This document shows, piece after piece, positions 1-8,905 of a stretch of 64,000 bases of DNA. Origin of the DNA: a virus (lineage: Duplodnaviria; Caudoviricetes). Position 1 is the first letter of the stretch, and each line of letters starts with the position of its first letter. Made by a program: the position numbers and the translations under genes. The notes beneath the pieces are model-generated. The model saw nothing but the letters and a program-made list of their open reading frames with translations, did not search any database and had not been told where the DNA came from. Location: IMG/VR virus record IMGVR_UViG_3300031555_004524, positions 128,001 to 192,000 of that record; one strand, 5' to 3'.

Positions 1-1356
1 TATTATACAGAAAGTAATGAATCTAAAAATATGATATTTGATATACCAAATCAATATGAAACAAAAATTTCATTAAAAGATAAAGCTGCTGGAAAAGATG
101 ATCATCGTGTAGATGACTTTTTATCTCAATTTGATTTTAAATTTTCTAGAAATAAAACATATGAAAGAAATGTTTCTGAAGCGGTAAGTTACATTATTAC
201 ATATAAGATGCAATTATTAATAGATTTCTATAAAAATAAAATGAATATAAGATCATATTCATTTACTGGAAGTAGAATTAATGAATTAGCTGCGTTACAT
301 AATGGAACACTTATCATGCATAGAGATAGATCAAAAAAATTATTTGACTATATCATTGTATTTGTGAATGGAAAATTATATGATAATTATCATAGTATTA
401 ATTATACTAACAATTATTTCGAAATCCCTATTTCAAATATAAATGATACGGATAGTGTAGAAATTATTCACTTTAAAAAAGTAAATAATACATCAAAAGA
501 AATAATAATAACTGATGAGATTGATTATATTCCTGAAGAGTTAAGATATGATAACTTTGAATTATTTGCAACTTGCAAGTATGATTCTCCTCAGTATCTT
601 GATTATTCTGAAGATGAGGCTAAATCACAATATCCAATAACAGATTTTTCATATGCAAACCAATTTAATGAATATGGAAATTATACTGGAAGTGTAATAG
701 CGTTAGGTAATACATATTTTAAAAATAAATCGTTAAGACTAATATCTAAACGACAATTTCATTATTATCATTATGACTATACATCAGCTAATGATAAAAA
801 TAAAATAGAACTTCCAAAAGAATTCAAATTCTGTACAAATAATAATCAATTTTTAGTATTTAAAAATAAATTATTATTCAATGATTGGAGGTTGGTTCAT
901 CCATACATATTGACGACAAATGGAGAATCATTTGATATGGCATATATACATAGTAATATAGATTTATTAAATGGCGATATTATAGATATTTTCTATATTC
1001 CTGACGCATATGAAGAAATATTATTAGATCCAAGAGATCCATCAATTTCTGGATATAATGATATTATCTTGGATACAAGTATGCTTGATATTCCATTTGA
1101 TAATTCATTATTCTTTGTATATGCTAATGGCAAAAAAGTTAGTATGGATAATGTTCAAAATGTTGCTATCAATAGAGTGCGTTTACGTACAGAAATAACC
1201 GAAGAAGGTAATATAACAATTCATCGATTATTCAATGCAGATACTATATTAAAAGAAGTATTTAGTTATAGTGATAAATGGTCAAAAGCTGTATCGACTA
1301 TGTCGAATGCCGATTATGCTACACTATTCACTATAGCAGAAAATAGATCAAAATAA
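1..1356 (+). CDS. Putative virion structural protein, probably 5'-partial
   Basis: Frame is open from base 1. Repeated VFVNG/VFKNK/VYANG beta-strand motifs are typical of large structural proteins of AR9-like jumbo phages. Followed by a terminator. Confidence 0.5.
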   Translation, partial: YYTESNESKNMIFDIPNQYETKISLKDKAAGKDDHRVDDFLSQFDFKFSRNKTYERNVSEAVSYIITYKMQLLIDFYKNKMNIRSYSFTGSRINELAALHNGTLIMHRDRSKKLFDYIIVFVNGKLYDNYHSINYTNNYFEIPISNINDTDSVEIIHFKKVNNTSKEIIITDEIDYIPEELRYDNFELFATCKYDSPQYLDYSEDEAKSQYPITDFSYANQFNEYGNYTGSVIALGNTYFKNKSLRLISKRQFHYYHYDYTSANDKNKIELPKEFKFCTNNNQFLVFKNKLLFNDWRLVHPYILTTNGESFDMAYIHSNIDLLNGDIIDIFYIPDAYEEILLDPRDPSISGYNDIILDTSMLDIPFDNSLFFVYANGKKVSMDNVQNVAINRVRLRTEITEEGNITIHRLFNADTILKEVFSYSDKWSKAVSTMSNADYATLFTIAENRSK

Positions 1357-1399
1357 AAAAATAGGTAGAGGAGAATAAGCCTCTACCTATTTTTATTTT
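1357..1399 (+). terminator. Intrinsic terminator (probably bidirectional)
   Basis: Stem aaaaataggtagagg/cctctacctattttt flanked by A- and T-tracts. Confidence 0.85.
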
Positions 1400-1624
1400 G
1401 TTAATTCTTTTTCTGTATTTAATATAAAATTTTATAGTATTTAAATCATTTAACTTCTCTAATAATTTTGGTTGTTCTGATTCTGATTCATTTTAATCAC
1501 ATAACTTTTATTGCAAGATATAATTCATTTTGCATATATAACAATTTTATTCAGATAAATTCATTCACATTATGAAACATTTTCGCATTATGTAATTCAC
1601 TTAGATTGTTTAACTTTATCCTCC
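1400..1624 (-). pseudogene. Decayed early gene remnant
   Basis: Early motif at 1682-1689 and SD GGAGGA at 1619-1624, followed by TTA rather than a start codon. In-frame TGA stops; a protein-like stretch (NESESEQPKLLEKLNDLNTIKFYIKYRKR) lies in another frame. Confidence 0.35.
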
Positions 1625-1712
1625 GATATAACTAAATATTTATGATAAAATATATTACTATATTTTATCTAATTCATAATAATAATATATAAGTGAAATA
1701 TGAAATAGACGT

Positions 1713-1749
1713 AAAATATAGGAGTATACTTTGTTTGTATACTCCTATT
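1713..1749 (-). terminator. Intrinsic terminator
   Basis: Stem ataggagtatac/gtatactcctat just after the stop of the 403-aa gene. Confidence 0.8.
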
Positions 1750-1753
1750 GATA

Positions 1754-2965
1754 TTATCTTCTAATAAACACTAAATGGAAATTTTTACTAGTATCATTTG
1801 GCTCGTATACTAATACTCCTTCATCAGAATTCAATAATTCTAATAAATTACTAAAAATATTTTTCCCATCATATCTAGCATTTACCAATTCAGAAAATTT
1901 AAAACCTTCTAGACTGTTCATATCAATTTCTTTTGATTCTTTATCTAATTCATCGTAAATTTTGTCAACTTCAGTTTTAATATCTTCTGTTATTGAATCT
2001 TCATCCATATTATAAAATACATTTCGACCAATAATAGGAGAATTACCCACCATTACAACATTTTCCATATCATCACTATTTAAAACTTTGGTTAGCAATG
2101 TATCACTATTAATCAATTCATGATATTGAAAAATCCCAGAATCTGGAGAAAGTATTCTAGATATTTTATTAATAAATTCATTAGTAATAGCAAGGGTATG
2201 CATGTTATCGCTAATAAAAATATGTTTAATATTAAGAATATTTTTTTCTCTATCATATACAAGTATATTATTGGTATATTGTAAGTATTTTAGTAGTGGT
2301 TCGTATATTCTACATAATGATGATATTTTAGCATAATCTATTGAGCTTTTATCTGAAATTCCAAATGCTGCAAGGGTTACTGGTTCTATCATAAGTGGAG
2401 ATAATAAAGCTTTTAATTCAATCCCCTGGCCATTGATAAAATCTGTGCCACTATTTATTTCTGTTATCATGCATGGATATTTCATATCCATAATTTTATC
2501 TGGAGTTTTAAATAAAATTAATTTAAAAAATACTGATGGTCTCTCATCTAACTCTCCAATTACTTCTTCAAAATCAAATTCAAGCTTAAAGCAATAATCA
2601 CCATAATCACTTGCCTTAAACGCATCTGGACAACTAATTCCATGAGATTCAAAGAATTCATCTTCTCCAGTATATATTACAGCTGGAGTATCCTCGTCTG
2701 ATGAAATTTCCACACTTTTAGCATCAGTTAAACATAAACCATTATAGTTAATCACTATATGATATTCATCACTAAATGTGATTATTATATCTTCTTTACC
2801 ATCAGGTCTACCAGATGGTCTATTAATTACAGTAAAATATTCAGAATCAGTATCTGCTAATAATTTTACATTTTCCGCATATTCTTTATATTTTGCTTCT
2901 TGTAATATGATGCCGTTTCCATCTACTAACCCAACAGCACGTACATTATAATCTTGATATATCAT
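1754..2965 (-). CDS. Hypothetical protein, acidic (403 aa)
   Basis: Long ORF, SD AAAGGAG, late-type promoter variant AACC-N6-TA at 2991-3002. Confidence 0.75.
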   Translation of the reverse strand: MIYQDYNVRAVGLVDGNGIILQEAKYKEYAENVKLLADTDSEYFTVINRPSGRPDGKEDIIITFSDEYHIVINYNGLCLTDAKSVEISSDEDTPAVIYTGEDEFFESHGISCPDAFKASDYGDYCFKLEFDFEEVIGELDERPSVFFKLILFKTPDKIMDMKYPCMITEINSGTDFINGQGIELKALLSPLMIEPVTLAAFGISDKSSIDYAKISSLCRIYEPLLKYLQYTNNILVYDREKNILNIKHIFISDNMHTLAITNEFINKISRILSPDSGIFQYHELINSDTLLTKVLNSDDMENVVMVGNSPIIGRNVFYNMDEDSITEDIKTEVDKIYDELDKESKEIDMNSLEGFKFSELVNARYDGKNIFSNLLELLNSDEGVLVYEPNDTSKNFHLVFIRR

Positions 2966-3022
2966 TATATTTCTCCTTTTAATATATTTTTATTTATAGG
3001 TTTCTTATAATGTAAAAAATGA

Positions 3023-3048
3023 GCAGTAGACTTAATTAAGTCTACTGC
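3023..3048 (-). terminator. Palindromic hairpin/terminator overlapping the stop codon
   Basis: Perfect palindrome gcagtagacttaa/ttaagtctactgc. Confidence 0.65.
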
Positions 3049-4303
3049 CATCTAAATCATTTAATACTATCAATGACTCGTTTAGGTATTTTAAATCCAC
3101 ATATACAGTTAATTCTGAAGTTTCTACATCTAAATCTTTTTCTCTTAAAATATTAATATTAAAATTTTCCCAATCTATTGTTATTGGTATTTCTGTCTGA
3201 TTATTATATACTTTAAAATTAATAAATATTGATGGAGAAATAAATGTAGATTTTGTGTATTGTATAACTTTCATAAGATCTTTATCTTCTAACAATTCTT
3301 CAAACTGAATTGTTTTCATAGACAAATCATCATCTATATATTCAGTGGATAAATATTGAGGCCAATCATGTTCATCTTTTTCAGGTGAAATAATATTAGG
3401 AAGCTTATATAATCCAGCAAAATTTAAATTAGTTTTAAACTTCTGATCTACCTTATCTTTAGAATAATAGTAGTATAATTGAGGTCCAGGTATTAATAAA
3501 GTACAATTCATATCTATATGAAATTTACTAAATAATTGATCAACTTGTTCTCCATCATCTAATGATAGTTCATCTATATTACTAATATGAGTATACATTC
3601 CTGGAACTCTAACAAAAAATTCAGAATTTCCATTAATAGTTCTCATTTTATATAATATTGGATATACAGAATGTCTATTTAAATAATCCAAATACCCAGT
3701 AATATTTTTTACTCTAGGTATATTATTTTTAAATTCCAAATCAAATCCAGCAGATTGAGCTATATTTAACATAATCTCTCTAGGAATATGAAAATCATAT
3801 GACATATTTTTACCTTGAGTAGATCCTACTCTAAATGCATATGTCATAAAATTAGCTAAATCTATCTGTTCAGCTTTTGAAGTTACTCTAACTCTAAAAG
3901 TAAAATTCATTTGAACTAATTTAGGCATCATATTTAGGAATATATTATTATCATAATCCTGTATAATACCATCCTGAAACCATCGACTTCTTCTATTTAA
4001 TACCTGTCTCCCGCCAACTCTTAAATCAACTGTATCTCTATTATACGAGTAATCAACAGTCGGTATAATTGCCACTGCAGGTAATTCTGGCTGTTTTGTT
4101 AATCTCTCTCGATTAAATAAACGAGCATCGTCAAAGATATGCTTGCCATTTATATGTACTGTTTTAAAATAATTTGTATCGAATTGTTCCAAAAACCAAT
4201 TTCTCATATACTCTATACCAATAGAATATATTTGCGTTTCACTAGGAATAGATATATAATCATGCAATTTTATAGATTGCAATTGAGACTGACTTTTAAT
4301 CAT
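3032..4303 (-). CDS. Putative virion protein, possibly tail completion/neck
   Basis: SD AAAGGAG favours the ATG at 4303. Late promoter variant CACA-N6-TA at 4327-4338. Weak resemblance (LPAVAIIP...QMNFTFRVRV) to T4 gp15-like tail terminators. Confidence 0.4.
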   Translation of the reverse strand: MIKSQSQLQSIKLHDYISIPSETQIYSIGIEYMRNWFLEQFDTNYFKTVHINGKHIFDDARLFNRERLTKQPELPAVAIIPTVDYSYNRDTVDLRVGGRQVLNRRSRWFQDGIIQDYDNNIFLNMMPKLVQMNFTFRVRVTSKAEQIDLANFMTYAFRVGSTQGKNMSYDFHIPREIMLNIAQSAGFDLEFKNNIPRVKNITGYLDYLNRHSVYPILYKMRTINGNSEFFVRVPGMYTHISNIDELSLDDGEQVDQLFSKFHIDMNCTLLIPGPQLYYYYSKDKVDQKFKTNLNFAGLYKLPNIISPEKDEHDWPQYLSTEYIDDDLSMKTIQFEELLEDKDLMKVIQYTKSTFISPSIFINFKVYNNQTEIPITIDWENFNINILREKDLDVETSELTVYVDLKYLNESLIVLNDLDGSRLN

Positions 4304-4344
4304 AAATATCGCATCTCCTTTCATATTATCCTAATGTGATAAAA

Positions 4345-4381
4345 ATAAATATAGCAAGGATATGAAAAATATCCTTGCTAT
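4345..4381 (-). terminator. Intrinsic terminator
   Basis: Stem atagcaaggatat/atatccttgctat with a U-rich tail on the minus strand. Confidence 0.8.
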
Positions 4382-4575
4382 TAATATACTACAAGCTTAT
4401 GCTCTTTTATCATTCTTCGCATAACCATTTTATTACATTTATTAACTCTAATAGTTATATGATCACCTGTATCATTTGTGTAAATAACATGGCTACCAGT
4501 TTGTCTGCAAGGATGATAATTATTATCATGTAAAATTTTTCGTATTTGCCGATCGCTATATGTTGGATATCTAAT
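4381..4575 (-). CDS. hicA: HicA-family mRNA interferase-like protein (64 aa, ATT start; absent from the ORF track)
   Basis: Translates as (M)RYPTYSDRQIRKILHDNNYHPCRQTGSHVIYTNDTGDHITIRVNKCNKMVMRRMIKEHKLVVY*, with HicA size and the RxxGSH motif. Perfect SD AAGGAGG lies 7 nt before the ATT. Confidence 0.75.
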   Translation of the reverse strand: MRYPTYSDRQIRKILHDNNYHPCRQTGSHVIYTNDTGDHITIRVNKCNKMVMRRMIKEHKLVVY

Positions 4576-4688
4576 AAGTAGCCCTCCTTAATAAAATATC
4601 AGACACTTTTTAAAAGTGTCTGATATATTTAATGTATATATAAAAGTTTATAGAGACTGTTTCCTCTTTAGTAATTACGATGTGCTTA

Positions 4689-7187
4689 TTAAATTACATA
4701 TCGTGGTGCAGCTACAGCTTTGCTGTCTACTGTATTTGTATGGAGATTACCACTTATTGATGAACTTGAAGGTTTATTATTTGATGAGTATCTTTTTCCA
4801 CAATACTCATCAGGATTATATTTTCCATTAAAAACCTCAATACATAAGTAATTAACTATCTGACGTCTGGAATTTGTTCCTGAAATAGGATCTATATCAT
4901 AGAGTTCCATCAATTCAGATACAAAGTATTCTCCAGATTTAGAATCTTTAAGAAATTCTAATTTCATTTCATCTGTCCATCCATCTACCTGTTTCTTTAA
5001 ACCGCTATGAATATAAAATTTTTGTGGTGATGAAGATGTAGCTTTAGCTGCATTTATTGTAGCTGATTTTGTAGAAGTATTCTTCTTATTTTTATTAGAT
5101 TTTGATTTGCGTGTATCCTTCTTAATAATATTATTAAATATACTCTTCTTTAATTTAGAATATGTAAATTTATTATTCTTAGAATATAATACAAGCAAAT
5201 TGTTTTTAGCTATACATAATGTATATTTATATTTATCTGCAATGATATTTTTAAGAGCTGTTTTGATTAAATCGATATCCATATCTAGCTCTTTTGATAA
5301 TGTATCTAATACATCTTTATACGATAATGAACACAGCTGACCCCAACTTTTTCTTGTATAGAGAATATCAAATGCACAATCACATATATTGATAAGTTCA
5401 TCATCTGTTAACAAAGCAACTATTCCATCAATATATGAATTCACACTGATATTTCTCAAGTTGCCACTAAAATATGCATTTATCATTTCACAAAGTTTCT
5501 CAGTAGGCGTATTATATAATCCATTTATAGCAATTGTTTCTAACACATTTTTATCACTAATATATAAATTAAATATAAGAGATACAAATAAATCAGAATT
5601 AGTAACTTTATATTTATTATTACTATTTTTAACCAAAATACGAGATGATATAAACATATCTAAATTAGATAAAATTTTAGAAACAATATTAGAAGTTGTA
5701 TCTAATATTCTTAATCTGTCATCATATACCTTAATCAACTCTACAATGCTATGGAGATCTTTATATTCTACATAGGCATGGGCATATGATACCTTTGCAT
5801 AATTGTATGCGTCTAATAAATGCGTATAGCTATTTCCGAAATTATATAAAATCTCAAATAATACTGAATTTGCTAAAATGTTATTAGCATTTCCATCTAA
5901 TACATTAGATTTTATTTTAGCTACACTCTCATCACTCATACCAGTAAATGCTTTAATCAAACTTGATAATATATAATCTCTATTGATGGTACGAATATTA
6001 GTGTCCAGAACAAAATATTTACCATCTCTATGATACATAACTTCATTTGCACTTAATATTAACATATGTGTCAGATTATATGGATCGGCATCAAACATTA
6101 TGTATTTTGCAAAGATAGATCTATAGTTAACACTAGCGGAACAAGCTTCTAAAAAGCTAGATGCTATTTCTTTAGTAACAGTAGGAAATCGTGTGTCGCT
6201 AAGTTTAAGAGCGTTATATGTATCTAATAACAATTCAGTATTTTTACGTGACTGCACAGATCCTAATGTAAGATTTAATTTTTCCAGCGATTTAATAGCA
6301 CCATCTACCCATGATAAATATGCAGAATGATATTCACGAATATAATCTAATGGACAATCATTATTCAATTTATATTTATCCAGAGTCATCATATATGCTT
6401 CTGGAGAGGTTAAGATATCTGTAACTAGAGCTTTAATAGCATCATATGCTTTAGCCAAATTTATTCTACCATCTTCTTCTTTATAGTCGATAGGTTTAAT
6501 TTCAGAAATATTAGCTTCAGTATCAGTAGTATTTGCATCTGTTGCTTCATCTTCTAACAATTCAATGCTATTATTAGATTCTTCTGCTACAGAATCGTCA
6601 ACAGTTGGAATCTGGTCGTCACACTTTTCTTCAGAACTATCTAATTCTTCTTCGATCAAATCATCACTCTCGATATCATTACAATCACCAAAAGTTTCAA
6701 GTAATGGTAATAATTCGTCAGATATATATGCATTCATATTTTCTAAAAATACAGTAACAGCATCATTACCATATTTCATAATACATCTTGTTACCCGTTC
6801 ACAGATATTTTCAGATAATTGGGATGCAAAATCTCCGAAGCACCCTAACAATTGGGTTCGTACTAAAGTGCCATCTGCAATGAATTGTATAATATCTAAT
6901 GGTTTATCTGTATTAATAAGATAATCATCATATGCTAACTTAAAAGCTGTCATGTCTTCTAAACTACCGAAAATTGATCCAGCTATAGATTTATATAATT
7001 CATTGTTTTCTTTTCTCTGCGAATTTAATTCAGCTGACAGTTCTAAAATCCTGTCTGTCTTATCACATATCGATTTAAGATATGTATTTTCTTTTTTGAG
7101 AATTTTATTCTCTTCTTTCAATGCAGAATTCTCTTTTAATAATTCATAATTTTCAATCTGCAATGTTGTAATGTTGTCTTTTTCCAT
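4689..7187 (-). CDS. Large hypothetical protein with N-terminal coiled coil and acidic linker
   Basis: 839-aa ORF; SD AAAGGAG favours the ATG at 7187; downstream of the early motif at 7358-7365. Confidence 0.75.
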   Translation of the reverse strand: MEKDNITTLQIENYELLKENSALKEENKILKKENTYLKSICDKTDRILELSAELNSQRKENNELYKSIAGSIFGSLEDMTAFKLAYDDYLINTDKPLDIIQFIADGTLVRTQLLGCFGDFASQLSENICERVTRCIMKYGNDAVTVFLENMNAYISDELLPLLETFGDCNDIESDDLIEEELDSSEEKCDDQIPTVDDSVAEESNNSIELLEDEATDANTTDTEANISEIKPIDYKEEDGRINLAKAYDAIKALVTDILTSPEAYMMTLDKYKLNNDCPLDYIREYHSAYLSWVDGAIKSLEKLNLTLGSVQSRKNTELLLDTYNALKLSDTRFPTVTKEIASSFLEACSASVNYRSIFAKYIMFDADPYNLTHMLILSANEVMYHRDGKYFVLDTNIRTINRDYILSSLIKAFTGMSDESVAKIKSNVLDGNANNILANSVLFEILYNFGNSYTHLLDAYNYAKVSYAHAYVEYKDLHSIVELIKVYDDRLRILDTTSNIVSKILSNLDMFISSRILVKNSNNKYKVTNSDLFVSLIFNLYISDKNVLETIAINGLYNTPTEKLCEMINAYFSGNLRNISVNSYIDGIVALLTDDELINICDCAFDILYTRKSWGQLCSLSYKDVLDTLSKELDMDIDLIKTALKNIIADKYKYTLCIAKNNLLVLYSKNNKFTYSKLKKSIFNNIIKKDTRKSKSNKNKKNTSTKSATINAAKATSSSPQKFYIHSGLKKQVDGWTDEMKLEFLKDSKSGEYFVSELMELYDIDPISGTNSRRQIVNYLCIEVFNGKYNPDEYCGKRYSSNNKPSSSSISGNLHTNTVDSKAVAAPRYVI

Positions 7188-7235
7188 GACTTTCTCTCCT
7201 TTTTTCATCTTATCTTTTGTGCATTGCTTTGTTGA

Positions 7236-7322
7236 TTATTTTCTCCTCCTATTATCAAATTTAGCAATGTAATATCCAACCAATCCTGTTAGTATAGATA
7301 TTAAAAGTGTTTTAATTCCCAT
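7236..7322 (-). CDS. 28-aa single-TM peptide MGIKTLLISILTGLVGYYIAKFDNRRRK
   Basis: SD AGGAGG 7 nt upstream; first ORF after the early motif; hydrophobic core and basic tail. Confidence 0.65.
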   Translation of the reverse strand: MGIKTLLISILTGLVGYYIAKFDNRRRK

Positions 7323-7386
7323 ATAGTATTCCTCCTAATATACTATATATCATATGTATAATATATAATCATTATAATAAATATTG

Positions 7387-7842
7387 TCAAAATCGTTTTA
7401 TGAACTGGTCTGTTATACTGAGAAATAAAATAAATATAATATATAAAGACGTTATTATTCTCCATCTAGCAGAATAATTATTCAAAATCAAATATATCTG
7501 AAAGATAGCATGAAATATTGTGTATATTATTATAGTATAATTACTAATTCGTATGAATTTTCTTCTCATATTTAATATACTATCTAATTTTTCCACATTA
7601 TATGATTTTTGTTTATTCTTCAAATAATCTACATAAAAATGAGCTGCAAAGAAATTAGATATATTATATATAAAGATATATAATACTGATACTATTATAA
7701 AGAGATCAGTATATGCAATATGGGTCACATAATACGGAGACTCAATATATAATATACAATATATAAAAGATAATCCCAATGATATTAATATCATTGGGAT
7801 TTTTAGCTCCATTATTTTAATATAATATTTCTTATCATACAT
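7387..7842 (-). CDS. Multi-pass membrane protein
   Basis: About 4 hydrophobic segments; SD AAAGGGG before the ATG at 7842. Confidence 0.7.
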   Translation of the reverse strand: MYDKKYYIKIMELKIPMILISLGLSFIYCILYIESPYYVTHIAYTDLFIIVSVLYIFIYNISNFFAAHFYVDYLKNKQKSYNVEKLDSILNMRRKFIRISNYTIIIYTIFHAIFQIYLILNNYSARWRIITSLYIIFILFLSITDQFIKRF

Positions 7843-7855
7843 AACATTCACCCCT

Positions 7856-8218
7856 TTATAATAATAAAAATATAAATACTACTAATTCAAGAATATAGTA
7901 TATTGATAATAACAGATCATTATTAATAACATACATCAATGAGTTTGTAATAATACTAATTATCAGAAATATAAAACCGATATTTACACATATGGATTTT
8001 ATTCTCCGTCTTTTCTTTTCAGCCATATAATCTCTAATGTAATACCAAAAATTTTCATAAATATTATATACTATACTAGATATAGATATTATAATTATAA
8101 TAAAACTATTAGCCATATTGTAATAAGTATTCATATAAGGTGAAAATAAATTTGTAATATATAATAATAAAAAACTCGCACCTATTCTTTTAAGTATATT
8201 AATTAAATCTCTATACAT
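7856..8218 (-). CDS. Multi-pass membrane protein
   Basis: About 4 hydrophobic segments with a basic loop; SD GGAGG. Confidence 0.7.
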   Translation of the reverse strand: MYRDLINILKRIGASFLLLYITNLFSPYMNTYYNMANSFIIIIISISSIVYNIYENFWYYIRDYMAEKKRRRIKSICVNIGFIFLIISIITNSLMYVINNDLLLSIYYILELVVFIFLLL

Positions 8219-8219
8219 T

Positions 8220-8600
8220 TTATTTTACCTCCACAGCTGCAACTAACCACATTATTATATATTTTAATATCAAATAACCAGCTACATGTAATTGTATTGG
8301 AGCATATTGTAGCACAAATATTGTATCTGTAGTGGTCAATATAATAACCAATATATGCAAAAATGTTCGAAGTCTATTTGTTCGTTTAATATCTCGTATA
8401 CTTATTTTTGTATTGTCATAACGGTTATCGTAATATGTTTTTATGGTAAAAATACAAGTATAAAATATTAGAGATAATGAACTAAATATAGGATAAAATG
8501 GTAAAAAGGCATTAGATAATATATCTCCCATTAATATTGTAAATGATAATATTATACCTAATCCTATATATTTACTAAAAATTATTTTAATTATATTCAT
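8220..8600 (-). CDS. Multi-pass membrane protein
   Basis: About 4 hydrophobic segments with a basic loop; SD AAAGGAG. Confidence 0.7.
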   Translation of the reverse strand: MNIIKIIFSKYIGLGIILSFTILMGDILSNAFLPFYPIFSSLSLIFYTCIFTIKTYYDNRYDNTKISIRDIKRTNRLRTFLHILVIILTTTDTIFVLQYAPIQLHVAGYLILKYIIMWLVAAVEVK

Positions 8601-8641
8601 ATGAAAGTTTCTCCTTTTTCATTATAAAAAAGAAGTATGGG

Positions 8642-8905
8642 TTATGCCATACTTCTTTTATTTTTGTTTCGTTCTTTTACTGCTTTAATAGCCGCATATT
8701 CTTGAGGTGTATAGCTACCTCTTCCTAATTTCATTAATGTATGAGCACTAATAATAGTATCTTTCTGATGACATACATCTGTATTAAATTTAGCATCATT
8801 TCTAGAAATATACATAACATTTCTAGGATTGAAAACTTCGTATGCGCGTCTATAAAACTCATCATTAGTGATCAAAAGTATGTTGAGTACGTCGCCATCG
8901 AAGTC
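8642..8905 (-). CDS. rpoC: RNA polymerase beta' N-terminal subunit, exon 2
   Basis: Begins GAC TTC GAT GGC GAC (DFDGD catalytic aspartates) followed by VLNI...FNPRN; joins exon 1 in frame. Confidence 0.9.
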   Translation of the reverse strand, partial: DFDGDVLNILLITNDEFYRRAYEVFNPRNVMYISRNDAKFNTDVCHQKDTIISAHTLMKLGRGSYTPQEYAAIKAVKERNKNKRSMA

